From contig JAKPCP010000060.1 in assembly GCA_029553225.1 (NCBI GenBank), positions 1 through 59,696 on the forward strand: DNA of 59,696 bases, read 5' to 3'. Origin of the DNA: a bacterium. GTDB taxonomy: Bacteria; Patescibacteriota; Minisyncoccia; Minisyncoccales; GWA2-38-27. This document shows, piece by piece, positions 26,830 to 34,314 of the stretch. A program made the translations under genes and the position numbers. Within the stretch, counting starts at the first letter, position 1; each line of letters starts with the position of its first letter. The notes beneath the pieces are model-generated. The model was given only the letters and a program-made list of their open reading frames with translations. It was not told where the DNA came from and did no database searches.

Positions 26830-27843
26830 TTAGTCAAGTTGAGGCTTTTCAATTTCTTCAATTTCAATTCTTTCATCATCCTGTTTTTTTGTTAATTTCA
26901 CAACATCTTTGTCTATTTTCTTTAATTCCCTACTTGCGCTATTAAAACTTGAAACCGTTTCTGATAAATGATTTCCTAATTTTCTCATCCATTCAGAATA
27001 AACAAATAAATGTTTTCCTAATTTTTCAACACCTTTTATAATTTCTTGCGTTTGTTCAGAAATTTTTTGATTTCTCAATCCTTGAAGCACAGTTTGTAAA
27101 TAAGCTAAAAAAGAAGTTGGAGAAACAATAATAACTTTTTTCTTGTTTGCGTAATAAATTAAATTATCCGTCTCATTAGTAATTTCACCAACTTTATTAA
27201 TTAATAAATCATAATAAACAGCCTCAGAAGGAATAAACATAAAAGCGAAATCCATTGTTTTTTCTTCTGGTCTTATATATTTCGAAGTTTCTTCAATTCT
27301 TATTTTTAAATCCTTTATAAAAGCGCTTTCATATCTTTTTTTCTCTTCTGGGTCATTAGTTTCAATCATTCTATTATAATTTTCTAAAGAAAATTTTGAG
27401 TCGATAGGAATAATTTTTTTATCAATAAAAACAACAGCATCAACTTTATCTCCGTTTAAAAAAGTATATTGCATTTGATAAGAACCTGGGGGTAAAACAT
27501 TTTTTAAAACAGTTTCTAAATAATATTCTCCCAAAACTCCTCTTTGTTTAGGATTTTTTAAAATATCTTGTAAGTTTTTTAATTGGTCAGCAAAGTTTAC
27601 AACTTGTTTATTGGTCTCATCTAAACGAACCAACTTTTCTGTTACATCTTTGACGGTATTAATTACTGTTTTATTCGATTCTGTTAGCTTACTATCTAAT
27701 AATTGTCCAATATTATTTAATTGCTGTTGAATCATTAAAAAAGAATCAACTGGTTTCTCTGGCTTTTTTTTAATAAAAAAAATAATAATCCCAATCCCTA
27801 TTATAGTTATAATAATTAAAGTTATTAATAAAAAATTAGTCAT
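26830..27843 (-). CDS. rmuC: DNA recombination protein RmuC
   Basis: N-terminal TM segment, coiled coil, and the RGVLGE...D.AFMFIPSE RmuC core. Confidence 0.85.
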   Translation of the reverse strand: MTNFLLITLIIITIIGIGIIIFFIKKKPEKPVDSFLMIQQQLNNIGQLLDSKLTESNKTVINTVKDVTEKLVRLDETNKQVVNFADQLKNLQDILKNPKQRGVLGEYYLETVLKNVLPPGSYQMQYTFLNGDKVDAVVFIDKKIIPIDSKFSLENYNRMIETNDPEEKKRYESAFIKDLKIRIEETSKYIRPEEKTMDFAFMFIPSEAVYYDLLINKVGEITNETDNLIYYANKKKVIIVSPTSFLAYLQTVLQGLRNQKISEQTQEIIKGVEKLGKHLFVYSEWMRKLGNHLSETVSSFNSASRELKKIDKDVVKLTKKQDDERIEIEEIEKPQLD

Positions 27844-27885
27844 TAGAAAATTAATTTTTGTTATTATTTATTATTTAAAATATCA

Positions 27886-28851
27886 TTATTTAGTTAAAAT
27901 TTCAATTAAAATAAAAATAATAAAAATTAATAATAAAACTATTGATTCTTGTTTTGTGATTTTATGGTGAGTTTTAATAAATAAAAAGAAAAAAATAGCA
28001 GCAATAATTAAAAATAAACGAGCAATAATAATAGAAGAAAAATTTAAAATTTCTATTGGGCAAATTAAAGTAACTATTCCTAAAATTAAAGTAGCAGGAA
28101 AAATAACAGAACCCATTAAATCACCTAAAATCATCCATGTTTCATTTTTTTTAGCCGAAGAAACTGCAAAATAAATTTCAGGCAAACTATTCCCTAACCC
28201 AACAATTAAAATTCCAATTAGAGCTAATGGCATATTAAATTTTTCAGCAAAAAATTTAGATGAAAAAACAATTCCTTGGGCAGAAAAAATAAAAAAAATT
28301 AATCCTAAAATTATTTTACTTATATCTTTAAGAAAAGATTTAAATTCTTTAATTATTGGTTCTTCTAAATCATTATTATAAGTTTTTGTAAATCTTTCTT
28401 GCTTAGAAAAAAGCCAAAAAACATAAAAAAGAAAAAAACAAATTAATAAAAATCCATCAGTTCTTGAAAGATTTCCATCTAACATTAAAAGCAAAGGCAA
28501 AATTGCGGCAATAATAGTAAAAACAGAGCTATTTTGAACCATTCTGCTATCAGTAGAAATTTCTTTATTTTTAGAGAATAAAACCGATAAAGCAACAGCA
28601 AGCGTTAAATTAATTACATTTCCACCCATAATATCGCCTAAAGAAAGCTGAGGAATTTTATGTAAAGCTGAAGTTATACCGACAAATAAATTTGGCAAAG
28701 AAGAAGCAAAAGCCATAATAAAAAAAGCAATGACAAACTCTCGCCAACCTAAAAACTTAGCTATCTCGTTTAACCCTTTAATAACTAATTCGCTTGAAAT
28801 ATATAAAATAATTAGAGAAATAAAAAAAATTAAAATATAAATAAAAATCAT
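27886..28851 (-). CDS. Ca2+/Na+ antiporter family (CaCA, YrbG-like) membrane protein
   Basis: Two alpha-repeats (SSLPNLF.., GNSLPE) and about 10 TM helices. Confidence 0.75.
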   Translation of the reverse strand: MIFIYILIFFISLIILYISSELVIKGLNEIAKFLGWREFVIAFFIMAFASSLPNLFVGITSALHKIPQLSLGDIMGGNVINLTLAVALSVLFSKNKEISTDSRMVQNSSVFTIIAAILPLLLMLDGNLSRTDGFLLICFFLFYVFWLFSKQERFTKTYNNDLEEPIIKEFKSFLKDISKIILGLIFFIFSAQGIVFSSKFFAEKFNMPLALIGILIVGLGNSLPEIYFAVSSAKKNETWMILGDLMGSVIFPATLILGIVTLICPIEILNFSSIIIARLFLIIAAIFFFLFIKTHHKITKQESIVLLLIFIIFILIEILTK

Positions 28852-28874
28852 AATTTAAAATCAATCTATCTTTA

Positions 28875-29990
28875 TTATTTTACAAAATACACTATCTCAT
28901 AAATTATCCCTAAAATAAAAATTAAAGATAAAGGATAAATTATCTTTTTTTGAGGATTAATTTTTTTATACATTAATAAAATTAAAATTCCATCAATACC
29001 ACACATAACCCCCCCAACAAAAGAAATAACCGGAATAAATTGATTTACTCCTATTAAAAATAAAAATAGAGGAATAAAACACGTAATGAACCAAGATAAT
29101 TTTTTATTTAGTTTTAAATCATAATGAAAAATCTTTTTTAAAGTTAAGCCCATAGTAATAAAAGAAGTAAAAGTAGTGATTAAACCAAAAAGATAGCCTA
29201 AAACCGCTATTCTATAACCCAAAAAATCAACAAGGCCAGTTAAAGCTGTTTCAGTTGTATTTTCTCCACAAATACCTAAAATTAAAAAAATAAAAAAAAG
29301 ATAAATAATTATTGGGATTAAAATTGAAATAAAAATTATTTTTGTTAAAAGATTTTTTTTATCTTTTAAATTTTCTTCAATTTCAGGAATTAAACTTATT
29401 CCGGATAAAGAAAAAATAATAGCACCATAAGGAAGAAAAAAATTTTTAAGATTTAAAGAGTTGTGAAGAAATAAATTTCCAATATTAATAAAATCTTTCC
29501 CTGCCCAAAAAATTAAAACTAAAATCACAGAAAATAGAATTAATCCTAAAAATTCTATTTTTTGAATTGCTTTAATTCCTAAAAAAATAAATAAAGCACC
29601 AATAAAAAAATAAATAAAAGTATAAATTAAATTATCACCCCCAAAAATCGGAGATAATAATTGAGTTAAAAATTCTCCACCGACAATTAAATAAGCCAAA
29701 AGTGCACCAAAAGTTCCGATAATGGAAGAAATAAAAGCAATTTTTTCTCCCCAATCTCCTAAATAATATTTAGCAAAACCTGGATATCTTTTAAAATCCG
29801 GAGTTTTTATAGCAACTTCTCCAAAATATTTATGAACTAAATAAATTAAAGCGCCTAAAACAATAAAATAAAAAAGCATCACCCAAAACCCAACTTTTAA
29901 AGCAATATATGGTAAAGAAAAAAGTCCGACACCTATAATAGTTCCGGAAAAAGTAGCGACATTTAAAATTAATAATTTTCTATCTGACAT
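28875..29990 (-). CDS. Amino-acid permease-like polytopic membrane protein
   Basis: About 11 TM helices. I moved the start to MSDRKLL because the ORF-track start (30026) runs into tRNA-Glu. Confidence 0.55.
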   Translation of the reverse strand: MSDRKLLILNVATFSGTIIGVGLFSLPYIALKVGFWVMLFYFIVLGALIYLVHKYFGEVAIKTPDFKRYPGFAKYYLGDWGEKIAFISSIIGTFGALLAYLIVGGEFLTQLLSPIFGGDNLIYTFIYFFIGALFIFLGIKAIQKIEFLGLILFSVILVLIFWAGKDFINIGNLFLHNSLNLKNFFLPYGAIIFSLSGISLIPEIEENLKDKKNLLTKIIFISILIPIIIYLFFIFLILGICGENTTETALTGLVDFLGYRIAVLGYLFGLITTFTSFITMGLTLKKIFHYDLKLNKKLSWFITCFIPLFLFLIGVNQFIPVISFVGGVMCGIDGILILLMYKKINPQKKIIYPLSLIFILGIIYEIVYFVK

Positions 29991-30017
29991 TTTTATTTTA
30001 TTTGTTAAAAACCTATG

Positions 30018-30090
30018 TGGCCCCAACGGGATTTGAACCCGTGTTTTAGCGTTGAGAACGCTACGTCCTAAGCCTCTAGACGATAGGGCC
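30018..30090 (-). tRNA. tRNA-Glu (anticodon CUC)
   Basis: Hand-folded 73-nt cloverleaf: GGCCCTA TC GTCT AGAGGCTTA GGAC G TAGCG TTCTCAA CGCTA AAAC ACGGG TTCAAAT CCCGT TGGGGCC A. CCA is not encoded. Confidence 0.9.
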
Positions 30091-30116
30091 TAATTATTAA
30101 AAGAGTATCATAAAAA

Positions 30117-30767
30117 TTATTTGAAAACAATCTCTTTTAAAAACTGAGATGCTTCAACTAAATTCACTTTCTTAATAGTTAAAAAAGCAATAGATAATAA
30201 AATATCATATAAATCTTTTTCTGTTATAATTCCTTTTATCCAAAAAGGAATTATATCTCCTTTATAATTTATTTTAAAATTAATTCCATTATTCTCTTTA
30301 TTTATATCTGTAATTCTAAAATCAGATTCTTCGTTTTCTCCACAAGTTAAAATAAAAGCATTTGTTTTGCTTTTAATTTTTTTGATTAATTTTTCATCAT
30401 AATTTAATATTAAAATTCCTTCTTTTTTTAAAACTTCTGAAATATTAAAAATCTTTTCTAAAATTTCTTTATATTCTTCGTCAAATAAATCTTTCCCATA
30501 ATAATTTAATAAAACAACTGGGGAAAAATCACTTTTTAATAAAAATTTATAACCTCTATTCTTTTTAAAATCATTAAAATTAATATTTAAAATTAGTTTC
30601 TCGTTTTTATGTATAAAAAGAGGAAAAGAATTATCAATAATTTTTCTTACCTTATTATTCTCTTTAAAAAACCTTAAAATAATATCTGAAGATAGGAAAG
30701 AATCGCTTATTATAAAAATAAAATTAGGTTTTTTTATTAAATAAATTATTTTTTTAAAAAAAGACAT
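30117..30767 (-). CDS. Mur-ligase-like relic (central-domain only, no P-loop)
   Basis: 216 aa directly downstream of ftsI. VVLLNYYGKD...ILILNYDE...ILTCGENEESDFRITDI...INFKINYKG...IKG resembles a MurE/MurF middle domain. The P-loop position reads FIFIISDSFLSSD instead of GxxGKT. Confidence 0.4.
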   Translation of the reverse strand: MSFFKKIIYLIKKPNFIFIISDSFLSSDIILRFFKENNKVRKIIDNSFPLFIHKNEKLILNINFNDFKKNRGYKFLLKSDFSPVVLLNYYGKDLFDEEYKEILEKIFNISEVLKKEGILILNYDEKLIKKIKSKTNAFILTCGENEESDFRITDINKENNGINFKINYKGDIIPFWIKGIITEKDLYDILLSIAFLTIKKVNLVEASQFLKEIVFK

Positions 30768-30776
30768 AGTTATATT

Positions 30777-32453
30777 TTATTCAACTTCATAATCTGGAGG
30801 AATCTCAAAATAATCAATAATATATTTTGCAAGATCTCTAAAAATAGGAACTGCTGATTGACTTGCGTCTTTTGTTTTTGGATTATCAAGTTTGACCAAA
30901 ACCAAAAATTTTGGATTAAAAGCAGGGGCAAAACCAATAAAACTTTGCCATGTTTTTTCTGAATAGCCACGCATATTAATCCCTAAAGAAGAGTATGGAA
31001 TTTGTGCTGTCCCTGTTTTTCCCGCAATATAATAACCGGGAATTTTTGCATGACCACTATAACTATTTTCAACAACATTTACCATCATTGTTGTAATTTG
31101 AGAAACCGTGTCTAAAGAAATAATTTCATTATCATCTACTTTATTTAATACTTCTTCTGTTTTTCCATTTTTATAAATTTTTTCAGCAATATGCGGTTTT
31201 ACCATTTTCCCATTATTTGCTATTGCTGAAAATGCTTTTACTAATTGAATTGGAGTTATCTCAATACCCTGCCCAAAAGAAGCAGTAGCAAAATTAACTT
31301 CATATCCTTTTTTAAATTCTTTATTTTCTGAATAAATTTCTCCAAAAATATCAATTCCTGTTGGCTTAAAAAATCCGAATTTTTCAACATATTTTAAAAA
31401 GTTTTCATGTCCTAATTTTCTTTCGGCAAAAATAGCACCAGTATTTATTGAATTTTGCAAAACTTCAGTCATTGTTTTTTCTCCCCAAACTTTTTGATTA
31501 TAATTATAAATGGTATATTTTCCGATTTTTACATAACCATTATCAATATATTTAGTTTGAGGAGTGATTTTCCCTTCATTTAAGGCAGCTGCCATTGTAA
31601 TCACTTTGAATAAAGAACCTGGCTCAAATAGTTTTTGAACAGCATCATTTTGAAAAATCTCAAAATCCTTAACCTTTGAATAATTATTTGGGTCAAAATT
31701 AGGAAAATTAGCTAAAGCTAAAATTTTACCAGTAGATGGTTCCATTACAATAATTAACCCTCCTTCAATATCAATATCTTCTTTCGCTTTTTCTAATAAT
31801 TTTTCTGCAATCACCTGAATATTATAATCTAAGGTTAAGTAAATATCTGCCCCTTTTAAATTTTTTAACTCATCGTCGTAAATACTAATACCATATCTCT
31901 CTTTTTTAGGAAAAAAATCTTTACCTCTTAAAATCTCATCATAATATCCTTCAACCCCATACTGACCTTTTCCATTTGCGCCTAAAAAACCTATTGTTCG
32001 AGATGCAATCTCCTTTTGGGGATATTTCCTTAAAATATTATTATCTAAATAAACTCCTTCTAAATTTTTATTTTTAATTTTTGTTTCTTCTTCACTTGTT
32101 AAATTATTTTTTATTATTTCAAAAGAACTTTCTTTATTTAAAGATTCTAAAATTTGATTTTCATCAATATTTAAAATTTCCGAAAGATTTTTTGCTGTTT
32201 CTTCTTTATTTTTTATTTTTACAGGGGAAGCAAAAACATACTTTCCTTTTATATTCGTTGCCAGAGTTTGTCCTGATTTAAAAAAAATTTGCCCCCTTTC
32301 TCCTTTTAAAAATTTAAAATCTTTTTGCTGACCATAAGCTAAAGCTTTATAATAATCATATTTTATGACCTGAAGATAAAATAAGCGACCAATAATAGCC
32401 GCTCCAAATAAAAGAATACATAAAAAAATTATATTTATTCTCCAGTTTTTCAT
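30777..32453 (-). CDS. ftsI: Penicillin-binding protein 2B/FtsI-type transpeptidase
   Basis: N-terminal TM segment, dimerisation domain, and the (S)xxK, SIN (SxN) and KTGT motifs. Confidence 0.9.
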   Translation of the reverse strand: MKNWRINIIFLCILLFGAAIIGRLFYLQVIKYDYYKALAYGQQKDFKFLKGERGQIFFKSGQTLATNIKGKYVFASPVKIKNKEETAKNLSEILNIDENQILESLNKESSFEIIKNNLTSEEETKIKNKNLEGVYLDNNILRKYPQKEIASRTIGFLGANGKGQYGVEGYYDEILRGKDFFPKKERYGISIYDDELKNLKGADIYLTLDYNIQVIAEKLLEKAKEDIDIEGGLIIVMEPSTGKILALANFPNFDPNNYSKVKDFEIFQNDAVQKLFEPGSLFKVITMAAALNEGKITPQTKYIDNGYVKIGKYTIYNYNQKVWGEKTMTEVLQNSINTGAIFAERKLGHENFLKYVEKFGFFKPTGIDIFGEIYSENKEFKKGYEVNFATASFGQGIEITPIQLVKAFSAIANNGKMVKPHIAEKIYKNGKTEEVLNKVDDNEIISLDTVSQITTMMVNVVENSYSGHAKIPGYYIAGKTGTAQIPYSSLGINMRGYSEKTWQSFIGFAPAFNPKFLVLVKLDNPKTKDASQSAVPIFRDLAKYIIDYFEIPPDYEVE

Positions 32454-32776
32454 TTTTCTTTTACAACAACCTGATTTCCTAAAACCTGAATATAACTTGT
32501 ATTTTTAACTTCTTCAAAATTAAGAGTTGCTAATAAATTTTCTATATTGTCTAAAGAACTCTTTTCTAAAAACGCAATACTTAAAGCTCTATTTTGTTCT
32601 GATAATTCATTTAAAGCTTTTTCGTATTTTTCTAACGAATATCTTTCTGAAATTTCTCTGTTTATTTGAAAAACATAAAAAATTGAAAGAGAAGCTATTA
32701 AAAGAAAAACAAATGACCAAAAGATTCTTCCCCTTAATAAGTAAATTTTTTTAAAAGAATTAGAGTTTTTTCTCAT
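32450..32776 (-). CDS. ftsL: FtsL-like cell-division protein
   Basis: 108 aa, single TM segment plus coiled coil, located between rsmH and ftsI. 4-nt overlap with ftsI. Confidence 0.5.
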   Translation of the reverse strand: MRKNSNSFKKIYLLRGRIFWSFVFLLIASLSIFYVFQINREISERYSLEKYEKALNELSEQNRALSIAFLEKSSLDNIENLLATLNFEEVKNTSYIQVLGNQVVVKEK

Positions 32777-32796
32777 ATTTTTATTTTATTTAATTT

Positions 32797-33672
32797 TTAA
32801 ATTTTTATTGCCGCTCTTAATTTTGCGCTTCGTGACCTTTTATTTCTTTTTATTTCTTCTCTTTGCGCTGTAATTGGCTTATTTGTTAAAATTTTTAATA
32901 TTTTTTTTCTCTCATTTTCTTTTAAAAAATTTTTGACTATCCTATCTTCTAACGAATGAAAAGAAATTATTACCAACCTTCCATTCTTTTCTAATACGTC
33001 AATTGTTTCTGGCAAAACTTTTGATAAATTATTTAATTCATCATTTACTGCTATTCTTAATGCTTGAAAAGTTTTTGTTGCAAAATGAATCTTTCTATAC
33101 TGGTATTCTTTTGGCACTGCCTTCTTTATAATATTTATTAAATCAAATGTTGTTTTAATAGGCTTCCTTTTTCTTTCGTTTATAATTTCTTTAGCAATTC
33201 TTTTTGAAAATTTTTCTTCCCCATATTCTTTTAAAATTTTTTCAATTTCTTCCTCTTTAAAATTATTTATTATTTTTTCCGCAGTTAATTTATTATTCTT
33301 ATCATATCTCATATCAAGTGTCTCATTTTTTAAAAAGGAAAATCCTCTCTTAGATTCTTCTAAATGCCAGCTTGACATTCCTAAGTCAAATAAAATTCCA
33401 TTTACAGGTTTAAAATTATATTTTAAAATAACTTTTTTTAAATTTATATATGAATCATTAATTAAAACCAATCTTTCAATTCTCTCTTTCTTTAATTTTT
33501 TAAAAATATCATTATCCAACTCAATCCCTAATACTTTCCCGTTTGGTTTATTTCTTTTTAAAATCTCTTTTGTGTGGCCTCCTCCATCAATTGTCGCATC
33601 AATAAAATTTTCATTTTTTTTCGGATTTAAATATTCAATAACCTCTTTTTGAAGTACTGGAATATGAATCAT
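32797..33672 (-). CDS. rsmH: 16S rRNA (cytosine1402-N4)-methyltransferase
   Basis: HIPVL...DAT.GGGGH, DLG(M)SS and SFHSLEDR motifs. Confidence 0.95.
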   Translation of the reverse strand: MIHIPVLQKEVIEYLNPKKNENFIDATIDGGGHTKEILKRNKPNGKVLGIELDNDIFKKLKKERIERLVLINDSYINLKKVILKYNFKPVNGILFDLGMSSWHLEESKRGFSFLKNETLDMRYDKNNKLTAEKIINNFKEEEIEKILKEYGEEKFSKRIAKEIINERKRKPIKTTFDLINIIKKAVPKEYQYRKIHFATKTFQALRIAVNDELNNLSKVLPETIDVLEKNGRLVIISFHSLEDRIVKNFLKENERKKILKILTNKPITAQREEIKRNKRSRSAKLRAAIKI

Positions 33673-33674
33673 AT

Positions 33675-34097
33675 TTAAATACCTAATTGCTGAGCCATAT
33701 CTCCCACACTCTTTTCTGTTTTTTTCTTATATTCTCTCCATTTTTCTTCATCCCAAATTTCTATCCTATTTGATAATCCTAAAATAGCAACATTCTTTTT
33801 TAATTGAGCATAATCTTTTAAATGTTCCGGAATTAAAATTCTTCCTAGATTATCAAGTTCAACATCACTCGCACCTGATAACATAATTCTTGTAAAAACT
33901 CTTGCGTTCACCTGACCGTTTGGTAAACTTTCTAACTTTTCTGCTGTTTTTTGCCATTCTTCTTGAGGATAAACAACCAAACAATCATCTAAACCAGGAG
34001 CAATTATTGCTCTTTTTCCTAATGTCTTTCTGAATTTTGAAGGAATTGCTAATCTCCTTTTTTGATCAATTGTATGAATATATTCGCCTAAAAACAT
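33675..34097 (-). CDS. mraZ: Transcriptional regulator MraZ
   Basis: MFLGEYIHTIDQKRRLAIPSKFR plus a second DxxGR repeat (LDNLGRILIP). I prefer ATG 34097 over the ORF-track TTG at 34112. Confidence 0.9.
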   Translation of the reverse strand: MFLGEYIHTIDQKRRLAIPSKFRKTLGKRAIIAPGLDDCLVVYPQEEWQKTAEKLESLPNGQVNARVFTRIMLSGASDVELDNLGRILIPEHLKDYAQLKKNVAILGLSNRIEIWDEEKWREYKKKTEKSVGDMAQQLGI

Positions 34098-34101
34098 AAA
34101 A

Positions 34102-34191
34102 GTTTTCCACAAAAATTACTACTTTTCCCCATAGTTATCCACAATTATCCTCTCTAATCTATTTATACCCCACTTTTATGAATCAAGTCAA
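34102..34191 (-). promoter_or_regulatory. mraZ/dcw promoter with a downstream array of GTGG/TGGGG boxes (putative MraZ operator)
   Basis: Minus strand: TTGACT (34191-34186), 18 nt, TATAAA (34167-34162). Boxes AAAGTGGGG, TTGTGGATAA, TATGGGGAAA and TTGTGGAAAA lie about 31, 10 and 22 nt apart. Confidence 0.5.
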
Positions 34192-34254
34192 CACTTATAA
34201 AAAGCATCTATTTCTATCTTAAATTTAAAATTTTTGCACAAGTTATTCACAATT

Positions 34255-34280
34255 AAAAAGTCCTATTTTTAAAATAGAAC
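34255..34280 (-). terminator. Intrinsic terminator after the Clp-like ATPase gene
   Basis: Minus strand: GTTCTATTT/AAATAGGAC stem (one G-U pair) followed by TTTTT. Confidence 0.5.
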
Positions 34281-34314
34281 TTTTAAGATGTTTTTATTTT
34301 ATAAATTTATTTTA

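Noticed and set aside
29991-30026. The N-terminal MGPHRFLTNKIK extension of the permease ORF.
   Set aside because: These codons overlap the 3' end of tRNA-Glu (30018-30090). The downstream Met (MSDRKLL, 29990) is the plausible start.
30770-30970. A 66-aa minus-strand ORF overlapping the 3' end of ftsI in another frame.
   Set aside because: It is fully nested in a strongly supported PBP gene and has no independent signals.
34098-34112. The ORF-track start of mraZ (MWKTF...).
   Set aside because: That start codon is a TTG. The ATG at 34097 gives the canonical MraZ N-terminus MFLGEY...
34103-34251. DnaA-box-like 9-mers upstream of mraZ: a perfect TTATCCACA at 34135-34143 and one-mismatch TTTTCCACA (34103-34111) and TTATTCACA (34243-34251). 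This raised the possibility of oriC.
   Set aside because: There is only one perfect box, no dnaA or dnaN nearby, and no distinct AT-rich unwinding element beyond the genome background. The boxes coincide with GTGG repeats expected for the MraZ operator downstream of a good promoter. A cumulative GC-skew plot of the whole genome would settle it.
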